Of a stretch of 52,138 nt of DNA, positions 24,629 through 34,912 are shown in pieces. The stretch's first letter is position 1. Every line of letters begins with the position of its first letter. The position numbers were made by a program, and so were the translations under genes. The notes under the pieces are model-generated. The model was given only the letters and a program-made list of their open reading frames with translations, had not been told where the DNA came from and did not search any database. Source of the DNA: a virus (Duplodnaviria > Caudoviricetes); the IMG/VR virus record IMGVR_UViG_3300048623_000036, positions 1 to 52,138 of that record, one strand, 5' to 3'.

Positions 24629-24951
24629 GGGGTAGGAAGGCACCAGAAGGCAGTACGTATGTCTCTGCCAACGGATACCACTACACCAAGAGTGGTGATG
24701 CGTGGCGACTAACGCATCACATCATCGCCGAGGAGCACATTCTCGGACGCCCTATCTCTGAGAACGAACTAGTTCGTTTCAAGACAAACAACAAGGCAAA
24801 CCTCCATCCAGACAACATCGAAGTCGTCATCAAGGGCAAGCAGAGCCTACGACGTCGCAAGGCTCAACTCGAGGCTCGTATCGAAGAGCTCCAAGCACAA
24901 CTCGATCAGGTGAACAAGGAGATCGAGGCTCAGCGTGAGCTCAAGGTCTAA
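24625..24951 (+). CDS. Degenerate HNH-like protein with a C-terminal coiled coil
   Basis: GY...THHIIAE..LGRP..ENELVRFK.NNKAN...DNIE; the usual VHH is VRF. Confidence 0.7.
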   Translation: MRGRKAPEGSTYVSANGYHYTKSGDAWRLTHHIIAEEHILGRPISENELVRFKTNNKANLHPDNIEVVIKGKQSLRRRKAQLEARIEELQAQLDQVNKEIEAQRELKV

Positions 24952-25105
24952 ACTTCGTCTAACCCATTGAGACTCTAGTTAGACCAATCTGAAGTACAGC
25001 CTCAACGTAGTTATATGAGTCTCATGATCCTCAAGTTAGATCGCAAGTTAGACGATGGGAGGTGGCTATGACACACATACCACAGGGCACATGTTGGAGG
25101 TCTGA

Positions 25106-25663
25106 ATGATGAAGTCGGGGAAGCTTAACGTCCTCTGGTTCGACCCGGGAGGTACGACTGGCTGGTGCCTCTACTCATGTGACCTGATGGTTCACCGACC
25201 TGATCCTGCCGCCTACCCACGGTTCGAATTCTACGGCGAGAAGTGGAACCAGGGCGAGCTTGGTCCAGGTGATCACCATGGACAACTGTGGTCGCTGATC
25301 GGAGCTTGTCATACAGACAACTTCGTTCTGGGTTGTGAGTCGTTCGAGTTCAGACAAGGTAAACAGAGAGACAACATTGTACTCGATTCGAAGGAGTACA
25401 TTGGGGTCTGCAAGCTCTACAGTCAGCTCACGAATCCAACTGTGCCTGTGGTGTCAGTGTTTCAAACTGCCGCCGCCGGCAAGGGCTTCTGGTATCCGAA
25501 GAAGCGCGGCACCCAGCAGCGCGATGCAACCAAGCTGAAGGCTATCGGTCTTTACACCACAGGTAGTACACACATGAACGATGCCACTGCACATACGCTG
25601 CACTGGCTGACCGAAGGCCCCTTCAAGCGGCAGAAGTGGCTCGAGATGTTGAAAGGAGTATGA
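25106..25663 (+). CDS. RuvC-like Holliday junction resolvase
   Basis: FDPGGTTG, CESF, HMNDATAH. Confidence 0.8.
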   Translation: MMKSGKLNVLWFDPGGTTGWCLYSCDLMVHRPDPAAYPRFEFYGEKWNQGELGPGDHHGQLWSLIGACHTDNFVLGCESFEFRQGKQRDNIVLDSKEYIGVCKLYSQLTNPTVPVVSVFQTAAAGKGFWYPKKRGTQQRDATKLKAIGLYTTGSTHMNDATAHTLHWLTEGPFKRQKWLEMLKGV

Positions 25664-25800
25664 TGGCTACCGATTGGGGTGGCGGAGGAGAGAAGAGTGG
25701 TGGAGGTAGTGGTGGAGGGGGAGGATCAATTCCCTGCCCTATCGTTGTAGCAGGCATTGTGATCATCTTCGCCCTACTAGTGAAGCTGGTTCGCAAGTAG
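25660..25800 (+). CDS. Gly-rich small membrane protein (46 aa)
   Basis: AAGGAG RBS; GGGS-rich N-terminus plus TM. Confidence 0.55.
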   Translation: MMATDWGGGGEKSGGGSGGGGGSIPCPIVVAGIVIIFALLVKLVRK

Positions 25801-25802
25801 AC

Positions 25803-25859
25803 GGAAACCCCCTCAGTATGGACCGGCCGCGCCCGTGTACGGCCACTGAGGGGGTTTCC
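25803..25859. terminator. Bidirectional terminator between the convergent arms
   Basis: 15-bp inverted repeat GGAAACCCCCTCAGT/ACTGAGGGGGTTTCC. Confidence 0.8.
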
Positions 25860-25899
25860 TTATGCCCTCCTGGCGGAGGGTGTCTGTGTGTCTATGAAG

Positions 25900-26106
25900 T
25901 CAGTACGGACGCCAGGTGTTGACTGCTCCAGTGTACTTGAGCGTAGAGGCTCCACTGTTGAGCGTTACACCCTGATCCGTCTTCAGCGTGACGTGCGTCG
26001 CATCGATGATAGTCGCAACACGTGCGGGCAGCCACTTGCAGATGCCACCGACCACCACGAGGAAGCTGACAGGCTTACCGACACGCAGTCGGACCTTGTT
26101 AGCCAT
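25900..26106 (-). CDS. Hypothetical protein
   Basis: Last gene of the late operon. Confidence 0.65.
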   Translation of the reverse strand: MANKVRLRVGKPVSFLVVVGGICKWLPARVATIIDATHVTLKTDQGVTLNSGASTLKYTGAVNTWRPY

Positions 26107-26446
26107 TGACGACCGTTCCCGTCGGGGTGTCCTTGGGCTGGTTGGGAATCGCCCACACTCCAGCTGTGGAGCCGATCAAGATGGCGACGTCGTACCACTC
26201 CGTACCGGTGACTCCACCAGGGAGTGCGAGGATGAGTAGACCCATACCCGCCAGGGAAGCGTGTACCCAGGTCTTCGCGGTCGCCAGGAGGTCGGTGTTC
26301 GGGACGAGCCAAGTCTCGAGAGCACCCAGTGCCAGTGAGATCGTGGTAAGCGACTCGAAGACATCGAGGTGTCCGTCGTCCAAGAAGCCCTTCGTTCCGA
26401 GGAACAGGGCGCCAAGGATGGCCCATACGAGCTTGTTGAAGTTCAT
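26099..26446 (-). CDS. Holin-like multi-TM protein
   Basis: About four TMs with a duplicated W.VPN/W.IPN motif; lysis-module position. Confidence 0.7.
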   Translation of the reverse strand: MNFNKLVWAILGALFLGTKGFLDDGHLDVFESLTTISLALGALETWLVPNTDLLATAKTWVHASLAGMGLLILALPGGVTGTEWYDVAILIGSTAGVWAIPNQPKDTPTGTVVNG

Positions 26447-26799
26447 TGCAGTTCTTCCTTCTGTGTGTGGTGCGGTGTAAGACCGTCTCCCTTCCTTCGT
26501 GAACGAAACAAGATCTTGGTGAATACTGTCGCTCGCCATACAATGACGAACGCCATGAGGTGAAAGCAAGAGGCGACTATTATGCCGCGTCCAGGGAAGT
26601 TACCAAAAACAAAGAAGATTACACTGGGCGTGAGGTTTAGCCAGACAGCAACTCCATAAGTGAAGAAGTGCATGCCTAGCTCTGACTCCCAGAACCGCAT
26701 TGTCAAAGCGTAGGCGACGGGGAAGATTAGAGCAGCTATCCACGCCAGTAGTAGGATCACTACCGTCTCAAGGTACCAGAAGCCAGAGAGTTGACTCAT
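26443..26799 (-). CDS. Three-TM membrane protein (putative holin or accessory lysis protein)
   Basis: Hydrophobic segments; W.SE.G motif. Confidence 0.65.
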   Translation of the reverse strand: MSQLSGFWYLETVVILLLAWIAALIFPVAYALTMRFWESELGMHFFTYGVAVWLNLTPSVIFFVFGNFPGRGIIVASCFHLMAFVIVWRATVFTKILFRSRRKGDGLTPHHTQKEELQ

Positions 26800-27014
26800 C
26801 GCATACCCTCTTCCAGCGCCTTCATGAACGTACTCACGAACTGATTGACGTTCTGCAGGTGCTTGCTCTTCTTGCGGACGTCTTCGCCCTTACGGGTGAT
26901 CTCACGTACCTCTCTAAGTCGTTGGTCACCTGTTTTCGCTGCCTGGCGCCCTTCTTGAATGTCTCGGTCTGTCTCCTCTTCAATCTTCTTGCGCCAGCGC
27001 CACAATATGTTCAC
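26796..27014 (-). CDS. Basic hypothetical protein
   Basis: Coupled ORF in the lysis region. Confidence 0.65.
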   Translation of the reverse strand: MNILWRWRKKIEEETDRDIQEGRQAAKTGDQRLREVREITRKGEDVRKKSKHLQNVNQFVSTFMKALEEGMR

Positions 27015-27313
27015 CGCCCTAGATCCTTGTTAGCACTGAGCTTAGCCACTGCCTCACTGAGACTACCAACAAGCTTGACCACCACTTCGTGATCGTTATG
27101 GATCTCCTTGAGGACTGGGATGGTCTCTGTAAGAGCCTGCTCCCTCTGCGCCGCTGCGTGCTTCCAGAACTCGATGGCCTCATTCTTTGCAGTGATTAGG
27201 GACTCGACAGTCTTCCTAGGTACAAGGTATCCGCGGGCTATCATCAGGATGACGAGTAGCAAGATACCTATAGCACCGACATCCTTGACAATGTTAAAGT
27301 CTAAGCCGCCCAC
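27011..27313 (-). CDS. Membrane-anchored coiled-coil protein (lysis region)
   Basis: N-terminal TM, GYLVP motif, helical tail. Confidence 0.7.
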   Translation of the reverse strand: MGGLDFNIVKDVGAIGILLLVILMIARGYLVPRKTVESLITAKNEAIEFWKHAAAQREQALTETIPVLKEIHNDHEVVVKLVGSLSEAVAKLSANKDLGR

Positions 27314-27339
27314 TGTGCCTCCCAGTATGGACCGTATGA

Positions 27340-27507
27340 CTAGTGCGTCTTGAGTTGCGCCTCGAGCCGTTCGATACGACGCTCCAGTTCAGACAACTTG
27401 TCGAGTATGTCACCACCTGCAGCATGCTTCATGGCTTGAGTATCGGTCCAGTCAGGTCGCTTGCTCGGATCAGTTGACTGTCGTGAGAAAGGGTTAACAG
27501 AGGTCAC
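27340..27507 (-). CDS. Small coiled-coil tail-associated protein (55 aa)
   Basis: GTGA overlap; LSELERRIERLE. Confidence 0.55.
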   Translation of the reverse strand: MTSVNPFSRQSTDPSKRPDWTDTQAMKHAAGGDILDKLSELERRIERLEAQLKTH

Positions 27508-28649
27508 TCGCCTGCCTCCGTTATCTGTGCATTGTGATTCGTGGTGTTGAGGGTAATGGTTTCAGGACCATCCGAGCCACCGGGAGTAAGTCCCCATCCC
27601 GTTACACGTGTGGTCCCTCTACGCACCTTCGGAAACCTGTAAGGGTCATCCAGTACGTAGTCGAAGTAGTCGCCGAGGTTCCAGTTACCAAAGTCTGCGT
27701 CCTCAGTGGAGGGACTTAGCTGGAGTACGAGTGTGGGGTTGATCATTGGTGGTGCCACCACGTCTCGCATAGCACTCAGCGTCTGACCTAGGACTGTGAC
27801 ATTCTCAGTCTCACTGAATGTGTAGCGTTTGCGGAGTCGTGGATAACCTGCCGCAAGACTGGCACTGTTGATCAACGTGGCACGTGGTGTACTAGCATCG
27901 TTGGCCTTACCAATACCTGCGAGGACGTTAGCGGCATTGGCTGTAGACTCTGCCCACCAATACTTAGAGATCTCACCTGGGTATTGGAAGAGAAGCTTCG
28001 GTACAGTAGATGTCCAAGGCACGCCGATCATGTAGCCATCGCCTAGATCCCAACGGCCCAGATCTAGAGCTGCATGACGTCCAAGGGTATCCTTGTAGTA
28101 CCTGATGCGATACTCTACACCGCCGCGTACGTACTCCTTGACCACATCATCCCAAGTGTGGTAGTCGATACCCACCAAAACCTTGTTGTAGGTTATATCT
28201 CCATCACTACCCACAGCCACAGGAATGTCAAGCAGACCAGTAGGTGCATCACTACCGACTTCAAAGGCTCGACGGAAGGCCTCACGTACGATGTTAGTCT
28301 TGTAGTCGGTCAAGTTCAAGTCTACGTCGCAGTAGTCCTTGACCAAGTATGCATCGAAGGTCCTAGCTTGAAGCTGGCATGTGCGACCATCACTCTGATA
28401 TGTACGTGACCACAGAATGCCACCCCAGATCAACTGTGTATCACGCTCACACCATACAACTGTACGTCCAGGCATAGTGACATCGAGGATCTCCTGCGGG
28501 CTCCGATAGTCACTATCCATCCGTATAGTACCTGTCCAGTCACCTGCTTGCGATAAGTTACCTGACATATAGGTGCCATACATACCTGGCAACTCGTCTA
28601 GGAAGGTACCTGTCTTGAGGTCTTCGAAGAAGTATCTGTAAACGGGCAT
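27504..28649 (-). CDS. Minor tail protein (baseplate hub/Gp37-like)
   Basis: IWGGILW, LGD...DDP.RF patterns typical of actinophage hub proteins. Confidence 0.75.
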   Translation of the reverse strand: MPVYRYFFEDLKTGTFLDELPGMYGTYMSGNLSQAGDWTGTIRMDSDYRSPQEILDVTMPGRTVVWCERDTQLIWGGILWSRTYQSDGRTCQLQARTFDAYLVKDYCDVDLNLTDYKTNIVREAFRRAFEVGSDAPTGLLDIPVAVGSDGDITYNKVLVGIDYHTWDDVVKEYVRGGVEYRIRYYKDTLGRHAALDLGRWDLGDGYMIGVPWTSTVPKLLFQYPGEISKYWWAESTANAANVLAGIGKANDASTPRATLINSASLAAGYPRLRKRYTFSETENVTVLGQTLSAMRDVVAPPMINPTLVLQLSPSTEDADFGNWNLGDYFDYVLDDPYRFPKVRRGTTRVTGWGLTPGGSDGPETITLNTTNHNAQITEAGE

Positions 28650-28701
28650 TGCGGGCTTACACCTCCTGACGCGTACATCCCTAGACGAGTGCCCTGTGGT
28701 A

Positions 28702-29736
28702 TTACTGCGAGGCAGCTTCCGCCGCGTGGGCCGAGAGGCGATCCACCAGCTTCTGCATGAACAGGTCGGTGACCTGCTCTGCCTGATCCGAGTTGTCCTC
28801 TTGCAGCAGCTCGATCAGATCCGTCCTCAACGACGCCGCAGCCTGAGATGCGACCTGTGCAGCGATAGCTGGTGCTGCACTCGTCACCGCCGTGTTGATC
28901 ATGCCCTGCAGCATTTCGGCTGTGACGTCAGGATCGTTCGCGATTGCCGTCGTGATGGTCAGAAGTGCATCTACCTTCGTACCTACGACAGCGATACCCT
29001 GAGCCGCAGCCAGCGACGAACGAGCCGACTCCTTCAGGCAGTCACCGGGATTGCGGTTGTCCCCGAACTCCCGGTAGTTGTCAGCCTGAAAGATTCTGGC
29101 CTTGATGTTGTATACGATCTGATCCAGATCCGTAATGGTCAATGCCATGCTGCCACCTCCTTCTTGACCCCAGTCATCACTGAGGCAATCGTTGACGTCA
29201 CACTGAACGCCTCCTACGCTGACGTACCCTACCTTCTGGTACAGGTGAGCACCATTGAAATGAGCTCCACCGGACCAAGCTACGGTCTGCCAGTACCAAC
29301 TAACAGCACCGAAGGGTCGTAGGTAGGCGAGCAGTACGTACTTACCATATGCACCGACTCTGTCGACACCGATGACACTACCAAAGCCTCGCGCGTACTC
29401 CAGAATCTTCGGGTAGTCGCTTGACGGTGCATCGTAGTCCACCGCGAAGTAGATCGCACGAACATCGTTCGAGACCTTACGTGCTTCAGTCCAGGCCCAC
29501 GTCGCATCGTGTGCACCTGCCGCAAAGCCCTGAGCGACTCGACCTTTGCTCACGTGCTGATAGACGAACGCGATACTACGACCGGCATCGCGTAGACTCT
29601 TCGCCTCCGCAACATCGATGGGAACTACTGAGCTCGATCCCTCCTTACGAAGATAGCGGATTGCGCCATGGTAGTCGGCGTTCTTTACCGCTTGCCCATT
29701 GAGATGTGCGCCCGCACAGTCTAAGATCTCAGCCAT
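28702..29736 (-). CDS. Endolysin, DUF1906/GH25-like glycoside hydrolase
   Basis: AIRY, IYFAVDYD, VGAYG, WQTVAWSGG, DVND. Confidence 0.85.
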   Translation of the reverse strand: MAEILDCAGAHLNGQAVKNADYHGAIRYLRKEGSSSVVPIDVAEAKSLRDAGRSIAFVYQHVSKGRVAQGFAAGAHDATWAWTEARKVSNDVRAIYFAVDYDAPSSDYPKILEYARGFGSVIGVDRVGAYGKYVLLAYLRPFGAVSWYWQTVAWSGGAHFNGAHLYQKVGYVSVGGVQCDVNDCLSDDWGQEGGGSMALTITDLDQIVYNIKARIFQADNYREFGDNRNPGDCLKESARSSLAAAQGIAVVGTKVDALLTITTAIANDPDVTAEMLQGMINTAVTSAAPAIAAQVASQAAASLRTDLIELLQEDNSDQAEQVTDLFMQKLVDRLSAHAAEAASQ

Positions 29737-29751
29737 ATACCTCCTCCTGTC

Positions 29752-30837
29752 TTATACGTTGATCAAGTTACCAGCGTTTGCCACTGGTGGTTGTGGTACA
29801 ATTCGAACGTGATACCTACCGTCCGAGTTGAAGTTTCCATTTGCTGCACCGAATTGCTTCTCCATACGACATACGATGGAGTGCGCACCTGTCTGTACAG
29901 AGCTACGCCACCAGCTGGTACGTTGCCTGTGATTGTCTGTCGTACCGACAAAGGCATCACCAAGAATTGTACCTGAAGTGGTATCCAGTCGAGCAACTAC
30001 CGACCAGCCACCACCAGATGCAGCATTGTTAGCAATCCCACTGAACTCGCCCTCAATGTAGTAGGGGTAGCTAGGATCGGGAATGCTAATCGTGTTGACA
30101 GTGAAGCTAGCTGCCTGGTTGGTCAGATAGCTAAAACCGCCTGTACCAGACAGTACATTGTCAACGCCAACCGGACGCCAGCCTGTGGTAGCCTCTGCGT
30201 TCCAACCTTCAACGTGTCCGTTCCAATAGCGCAAGTCACCATAGTCGATACCTGCGTTAGCAAACTCGAACGACCTGATGTTGCGTACGCCACCCTGCAT
30301 GGAGTAGAGAACACGTGGATCGAGGATCTTGTTCTGCGTGATGGACGTAACACCAGGATCCACATATACATGACCTAGCTGAACAGCGTTGGAAGGTAGT
30401 CCAGCGAAGTTTGGTGTGGCAGACCCCACAGCTGCGTTTGTTCCTACTACAACGCCATAATCTAGCTTGTTCAGTGCGGTGGAGTAGACAGCATCGTTAA
30501 CGTATCCGTACACTAAGTCAACGCGCTGAAGCGTGGCGTGCGAAGCACCAATGGTTATCGGTGTGATCTCCGCATCGTTGGCCATTACATACACGCCCTG
30601 CGTGTTAGCTTCCAGACCCCTGATGAGACCGAGACCACGTGACAGTCGAACCGACATGTTCGGCGAGCTCTGTGCTAACACCTTGAGAGAGGTTGGACGG
30701 AACTGGACGCCGTCGTTACTGCCTAGTGTACCACCTGTGGAGTCGTTGCGCATGAGCGCCGACATAGCCAGACGGTGAGTGAGCGCGTGATGATCCGTGC
30801 GGTTCTGAAAGAAGCCGCTTGGCACCATAATAGCCAT
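29752..30837 (-). CDS. Minor tail protein
   Basis: RVDLVY...D and I.D.R motifs; downstream of Dit. Confidence 0.75.
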   Translation of the reverse strand: MAIMVPSGFFQNRTDHHALTHRLAMSALMRNDSTGGTLGSNDGVQFRPTSLKVLAQSSPNMSVRLSRGLGLIRGLEANTQGVYVMANDAEITPITIGASHATLQRVDLVYGYVNDAVYSTALNKLDYGVVVGTNAAVGSATPNFAGLPSNAVQLGHVYVDPGVTSITQNKILDPRVLYSMQGGVRNIRSFEFANAGIDYGDLRYWNGHVEGWNAEATTGWRPVGVDNVLSGTGGFSYLTNQAASFTVNTISIPDPSYPYYIEGEFSGIANNAASGGGWSVVARLDTTSGTILGDAFVGTTDNHRQRTSWWRSSVQTGAHSIVCRMEKQFGAANGNFNSDGRYHVRIVPQPPVANAGNLINV

Positions 30838-30845
30838 GGTACTCC

Positions 30846-31733
30846 TTAGAAGTAACCGTCACGATAAGTGCCGCTGATAGGTACGACAGCGCTTGATGAT
30901 GCCTGATACCTTAGTATGTTGGTTCCGGGCACAAGTAAGAACCAGCCATCCTCATAGGCAACAGTGCCTCGACGAGATGCACCATTCAGCTTTACTGTAC
31001 GACGCTTAAGGTCGATCGTAATGATGTCAGATACGCCTGCAACGAGACTGGACATGTTGAGCGTTACGCCTACGGTGTCACTAATGATCCTGGGACCTGT
31101 CACAGGACCGTACAGCGTGATGATCGCACCCACTGCCTTGGTGCCTGCATTGACTACGGACATCTGGCTGCCTGTACTTGAGGCGCCTCCGAAGCTGAGA
31201 TCGTACGCATGGTCGAATCCATGGCCATTGATGACCTCACTACTTAGAGCACCGCTGAAGGACTTGACTGTAGATCCGTAGACTACAGGATCTTGTGCTT
31301 GGAGAATCACACTGAAGGATGTCGAGTTGAACCTACGAGCCTGATCGATATCATACCTGACACCAAGACTCTTACAGAACACGACTCGCTGATCTACTCC
31401 AGGTGACTTGATGTATAGCGGTTTGTCTACAGTGCTTGGCTGAAAGTTGCTCTTCAGCGCGTCCAGTTGTGCTTCGATGGACTCTGAAGAGTGACAGAAC
31501 AGCGTACCTTCAATAGTGAGTGTCCGAGGATCCAGGAACTCACTCTCTACCGTACCGCCATCTTCACCCTCAGCGATGCGCATCGACGTACGTACGCTTG
31601 CGAGGTCGAGACCCGTAACCTTGTAGACGTCGTACACAGGTACACCGACTACAGGCGAGTTGTTGTTCCCGTTGAGTAGCACACCTGCATCAGTGAACAT
31701 GTATGCATAGTCATCCAGTACGGGCGCTACCAT
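30846..31733 (-). CDS. Distal tail protein (Dit-like)
   Basis: Follows the TMP; RTLTIEG, LQAQDP, NAGT, L.PGTN. Confidence 0.8.
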   Translation of the reverse strand: MVAPVLDDYAYMFTDAGVLLNGNNNSPVVGVPVYDVYKVTGLDLASVRTSMRIAEGEDGGTVESEFLDPRTLTIEGTLFCHSSESIEAQLDALKSNFQPSTVDKPLYIKSPGVDQRVVFCKSLGVRYDIDQARRFNSTSFSVILQAQDPVVYGSTVKSFSGALSSEVINGHGFDHAYDLSFGGASSTGSQMSVVNAGTKAVGAIITLYGPVTGPRIISDTVGVTLNMSSLVAGVSDIITIDLKRRTVKLNGASRRGTVAYEDGWFLLVPGTNILRYQASSSAVVPISGTYRDGYF

Positions 31734-34700
31734 CTATCCCACCCTTCCAGACAACGCGAAGCCAAGGATGGCTGCGTCACGCTCAGGTACGATCTCGGGT
31801 GTATTGATGGTGATCGACTGAGTCACACCACTGCCACTCCCGTTACTACCGACAGGCATGTACGTGTAAGGCAGTGGGTTACTCGCTGTAGACCTCATGC
31901 TGTAGTCTCCGCGCATCCCACTCGTGATGTCGTTCGTGACATCGAACATCGTACTGCGAAGCGAATCGCGCTGTGACTCGACACCTCTAATGAGACCCTG
32001 CATGATAGCGACACCGCTTGGAGTCAGGAGCTTCTTGTCCAGATCCATTGGACCCTTCCAAGTAGGGATCATCGCGGTGATCGTCTGGAAGATCTTACCC
32101 AGTGCTCCGATCTTCGACTCAGCTCCACTCTTCAAGGACTCTACAATGGCAGCACCCTCACTCCGTAGAGACACACCACCAAACAGTGCATGCAATCCTC
32201 CAGCTACTCGATTGGCTACATCCAAAATGGCTTGGTACTTTGAGCCTATACCATCACCAAACGAGGCAGCAACCCTTCGACCTGCTGCCTCATACTTTGC
32301 ATCGTCACCACTGAACACTCTATGCACTGCACCTACGATGGCATTGACAACATCTACGATGGCTTTGGACTGTGCAGACAAACCGCCATTGAACCTACGT
32401 CCGATGTTCTGCCCCGCAGCATCGAAGTCGGCATCTCTGGAGTGGAAGAGGTCATGCATCAAGCCGACTATCGTAGTGACCCGGTTCAATGCATTCTGTT
32501 GCTCCGAGGTTAACCCATCAGCCAAGGAACGAGTTATTATCTTACCCTCATTCAAAGCAGGTTCAGGAGCCCCACCAAAAACGCGTATAACAGCATCAAT
32601 GATGTCTTGTCCTGACTGGACAACTGCACCCTTACCACCAAGGACGCCTCCCGCGTACTTCTCAGCCATCTGCTTACCTACGCCTGCTACTGCTTCCATC
32701 TTAGCAGTACTACCTGTAGCGAAGTAATCAATGACGGCTGAACCCACGTCGTAGGCCCAAGTGAAGATGCCTGTCACAGATTCCCACAACGCCTTGAGGA
32801 TCTGACCAGGCAAGTCCCAGAAGAGCTTGACGATAGCATCCCATACTGCCTCAAGTGCACCTAGAATGATATCCCAAACCGCTTGGAATGCCTCCACCAA
32901 GATGTGGAAACCTTGCTTGACAATGTCAGCCAGAATGTGCCAAGCACCCTTAATGAGTCCGACGATAGCATCCCAGACACCTGTAAGGACTCCCCAGATA
33001 GCCTTCCAGACGCCCGCGAAGATCTTCCCGATACCTCTCCACGCGCGTTCCCAGTCACCTGAGAAGACACCAACAATGATGTCGATGATACCCTGGAAGA
33101 CCTTGATAATACCCTCAACAACTCCTGATATGGCTTCCCAAGCACCCTTGAGCACTCCGACTATTGCAGTCCATGTACCCTCGAACACTGACAATATCAT
33201 GTTCAGGATAGGTATCAGGATGTTCTTAACGTGCTCCCATGCATCAACTATACCATCAACTAGAGGTTGGATGATCTTCATGACATCGTCCCACAGACCC
33301 TGAGTCCAGTTTACGATATCATCCCAGATGCGCTTGATCCAGTTGCCCATAGTCTTAACTGCAGTGATTACATCGTTACTAATCCGATTCCATAGAGCAA
33401 CTAGACGCTCACCGAAGTTACGAACGATCCAATCCCATACAGGCTTCAGGACACTGTTGAGCAGCCAGTTCCAAGCCTCCCCCAAGGCCTTGATGATCTT
33501 ATCCCAGTTCTTGTAGATCAGGTATCCTGCAGCTACTAGCAGGCCGATACCTACTACAACGAGCGCGAAGATACCCAGCAATGCCCCCAAGCTAAGGCCT
33601 ACAAGACTTGCCGCACCACTCAGCATGACGAAGGCGCCTGCGACCGAAGTTACTATACCTAGCAGCGAGCTGAGCACTGCACTCATGGCTATGATCTTGA
33701 TGATCAGGAACTTGGTACCATCATCTAGCTTGTTCCACCAGTCCAAGACTCTACCCAGTACATCAAGCAGCTTGTTGAAGACGGGGATCAGCGCCTGACC
33801 AACCTCGATCCGCATGATCTGCCAACGGTTCTTCAACAACTGCGACTTAGCTGCAGTAGTGTCAGCCATGGTGGAGTATGCGTCTGTGAACGCCCCTTGC
33901 GCGTTCTGCATGTCTCCGACTAGACCCAGGAACTGCATCACTGAGTCACGATCCTTGAGTACTGCATCATAGAACCGTCGTGCTTGAATCGTACCACCAG
34001 AACTCTTGAACAGTTCCTGCAGAGCTGCAGCTCGCTCGGGTGCAGTCAGATTGGCCAGCTTACCTTGAAGGTCAAGCATGATGCCACCGATGTCACGGAA
34101 CTGTCCCTTGGCATCCTTGGTGACAACGCCCATCTTCTCCAGACGTTGAATCGTCTTGGGATGCGCCAGCGCATCCAATGCACGAGCGGCAGACGCTGCA
34201 GCCATGTCTGCTGACAGTCCGTTACGCGTGAGATACGCGAGCATGCCTGCAAGGCTCTCAATGGACTGTCCTGCACGTGCTGCCGAAGGTGTAGCCTTAC
34301 CAATGGCACCTGCGAACTGCTCGAACGTACCAACACCCTTACGTACCAACTGGAACTGTACGTCTAGAACCTTGTTCACATTCTCCGCAGGAATGTGAAA
34401 AGCGTTCAAAATGCCAATCGTGGCACGAGAGGCAGTCTGCAGATCAACCTGACCTGCGACGGCTTCCTTGGCAAACTCCTCTAGCAAGTGCCTAGACTGG
34501 GGTACAGTCACACTCAGCGAGGAGAAGATGTCATACAGACCTGCGGATAGCTGCTCGATAGGTATAGCTATCTTACCTGCAGTATCCTTGACTATGTCTC
34601 CCAACTCTTTCTGGGAGACTTTCACCTTGTCTGTCTGTGTGGCTACAAGGGCAATGGATCGCTCGAACTCGATGGCCTGCTTGGTTGAATCGTACAGCCA

Positions 34701-34898
34701 CTTACCTGCAGCAGCACCGGCAAAGACCATTCCCGCACCCAGCGATACCAATGCTGAGCCTGCAGAGATCTGATTTCTTGCTGCACGTTGAGCAGCCGCA
34801 TTCAGGTTCGAGAACTCTCCCCCAAGACCTCTCAGTACTCGACTAGCCTCGTCACGTGCACGCAGCACTAACAGGAGCTCACGACTACTGAGGGCCAT
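31734..34898 (-). CDS. Tape measure protein
   Basis: 1054 aa, helical, TP901-type core and W-periodic repeats. Confidence 0.95.
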   Translation of the reverse strand: MALSSRELLLVLRARDEASRVLRGLGGEFSNLNAAAQRAARNQISAGSALVSLGAGMVFAGAAAGKWLYDSTKQAIEFERSIALVATQTDKVKVSQKELGDIVKDTAGKIAIPIEQLSAGLYDIFSSLSVTVPQSRHLLEEFAKEAVAGQVDLQTASRATIGILNAFHIPAENVNKVLDVQFQLVRKGVGTFEQFAGAIGKATPSAARAGQSIESLAGMLAYLTRNGLSADMAAASAARALDALAHPKTIQRLEKMGVVTKDAKGQFRDIGGIMLDLQGKLANLTAPERAAALQELFKSSGGTIQARRFYDAVLKDRDSVMQFLGLVGDMQNAQGAFTDAYSTMADTTAAKSQLLKNRWQIMRIEVGQALIPVFNKLLDVLGRVLDWWNKLDDGTKFLIIKIIAMSAVLSSLLGIVTSVAGAFVMLSGAASLVGLSLGALLGIFALVVVGIGLLVAAGYLIYKNWDKIIKALGEAWNWLLNSVLKPVWDWIVRNFGERLVALWNRISNDVITAVKTMGNWIKRIWDDIVNWTQGLWDDVMKIIQPLVDGIVDAWEHVKNILIPILNMILSVFEGTWTAIVGVLKGAWEAISGVVEGIIKVFQGIIDIIVGVFSGDWERAWRGIGKIFAGVWKAIWGVLTGVWDAIVGLIKGAWHILADIVKQGFHILVEAFQAVWDIILGALEAVWDAIVKLFWDLPGQILKALWESVTGIFTWAYDVGSAVIDYFATGSTAKMEAVAGVGKQMAEKYAGGVLGGKGAVVQSGQDIIDAVIRVFGGAPEPALNEGKIITRSLADGLTSEQQNALNRVTTIVGLMHDLFHSRDADFDAAGQNIGRRFNGGLSAQSKAIVDVVNAIVGAVHRVFSGDDAKYEAAGRRVAASFGDGIGSKYQAILDVANRVAGGLHALFGGVSLRSEGAAIVESLKSGAESKIGALGKIFQTITAMIPTWKGPMDLDKKLLTPSGVAIMQGLIRGVESQRDSLRSTMFDVTNDITSGMRGDYSMRSTASNPLPYTYMPVGSNGSGSGVTQSITINTPEIVPERDAAILGFALSGRVG

Positions 34899-34912
34899 GC
34901 CGACTCACCACC

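Noticed and set aside
25441-25452. Near match to the operator box inside the resolvase gene
   Set aside because: One base is missing and it lies in coding sequence; could be chance
31924-33303. + strand ORFs opposite the tape measure gene
   Set aside because: Antisense shadow ORFs
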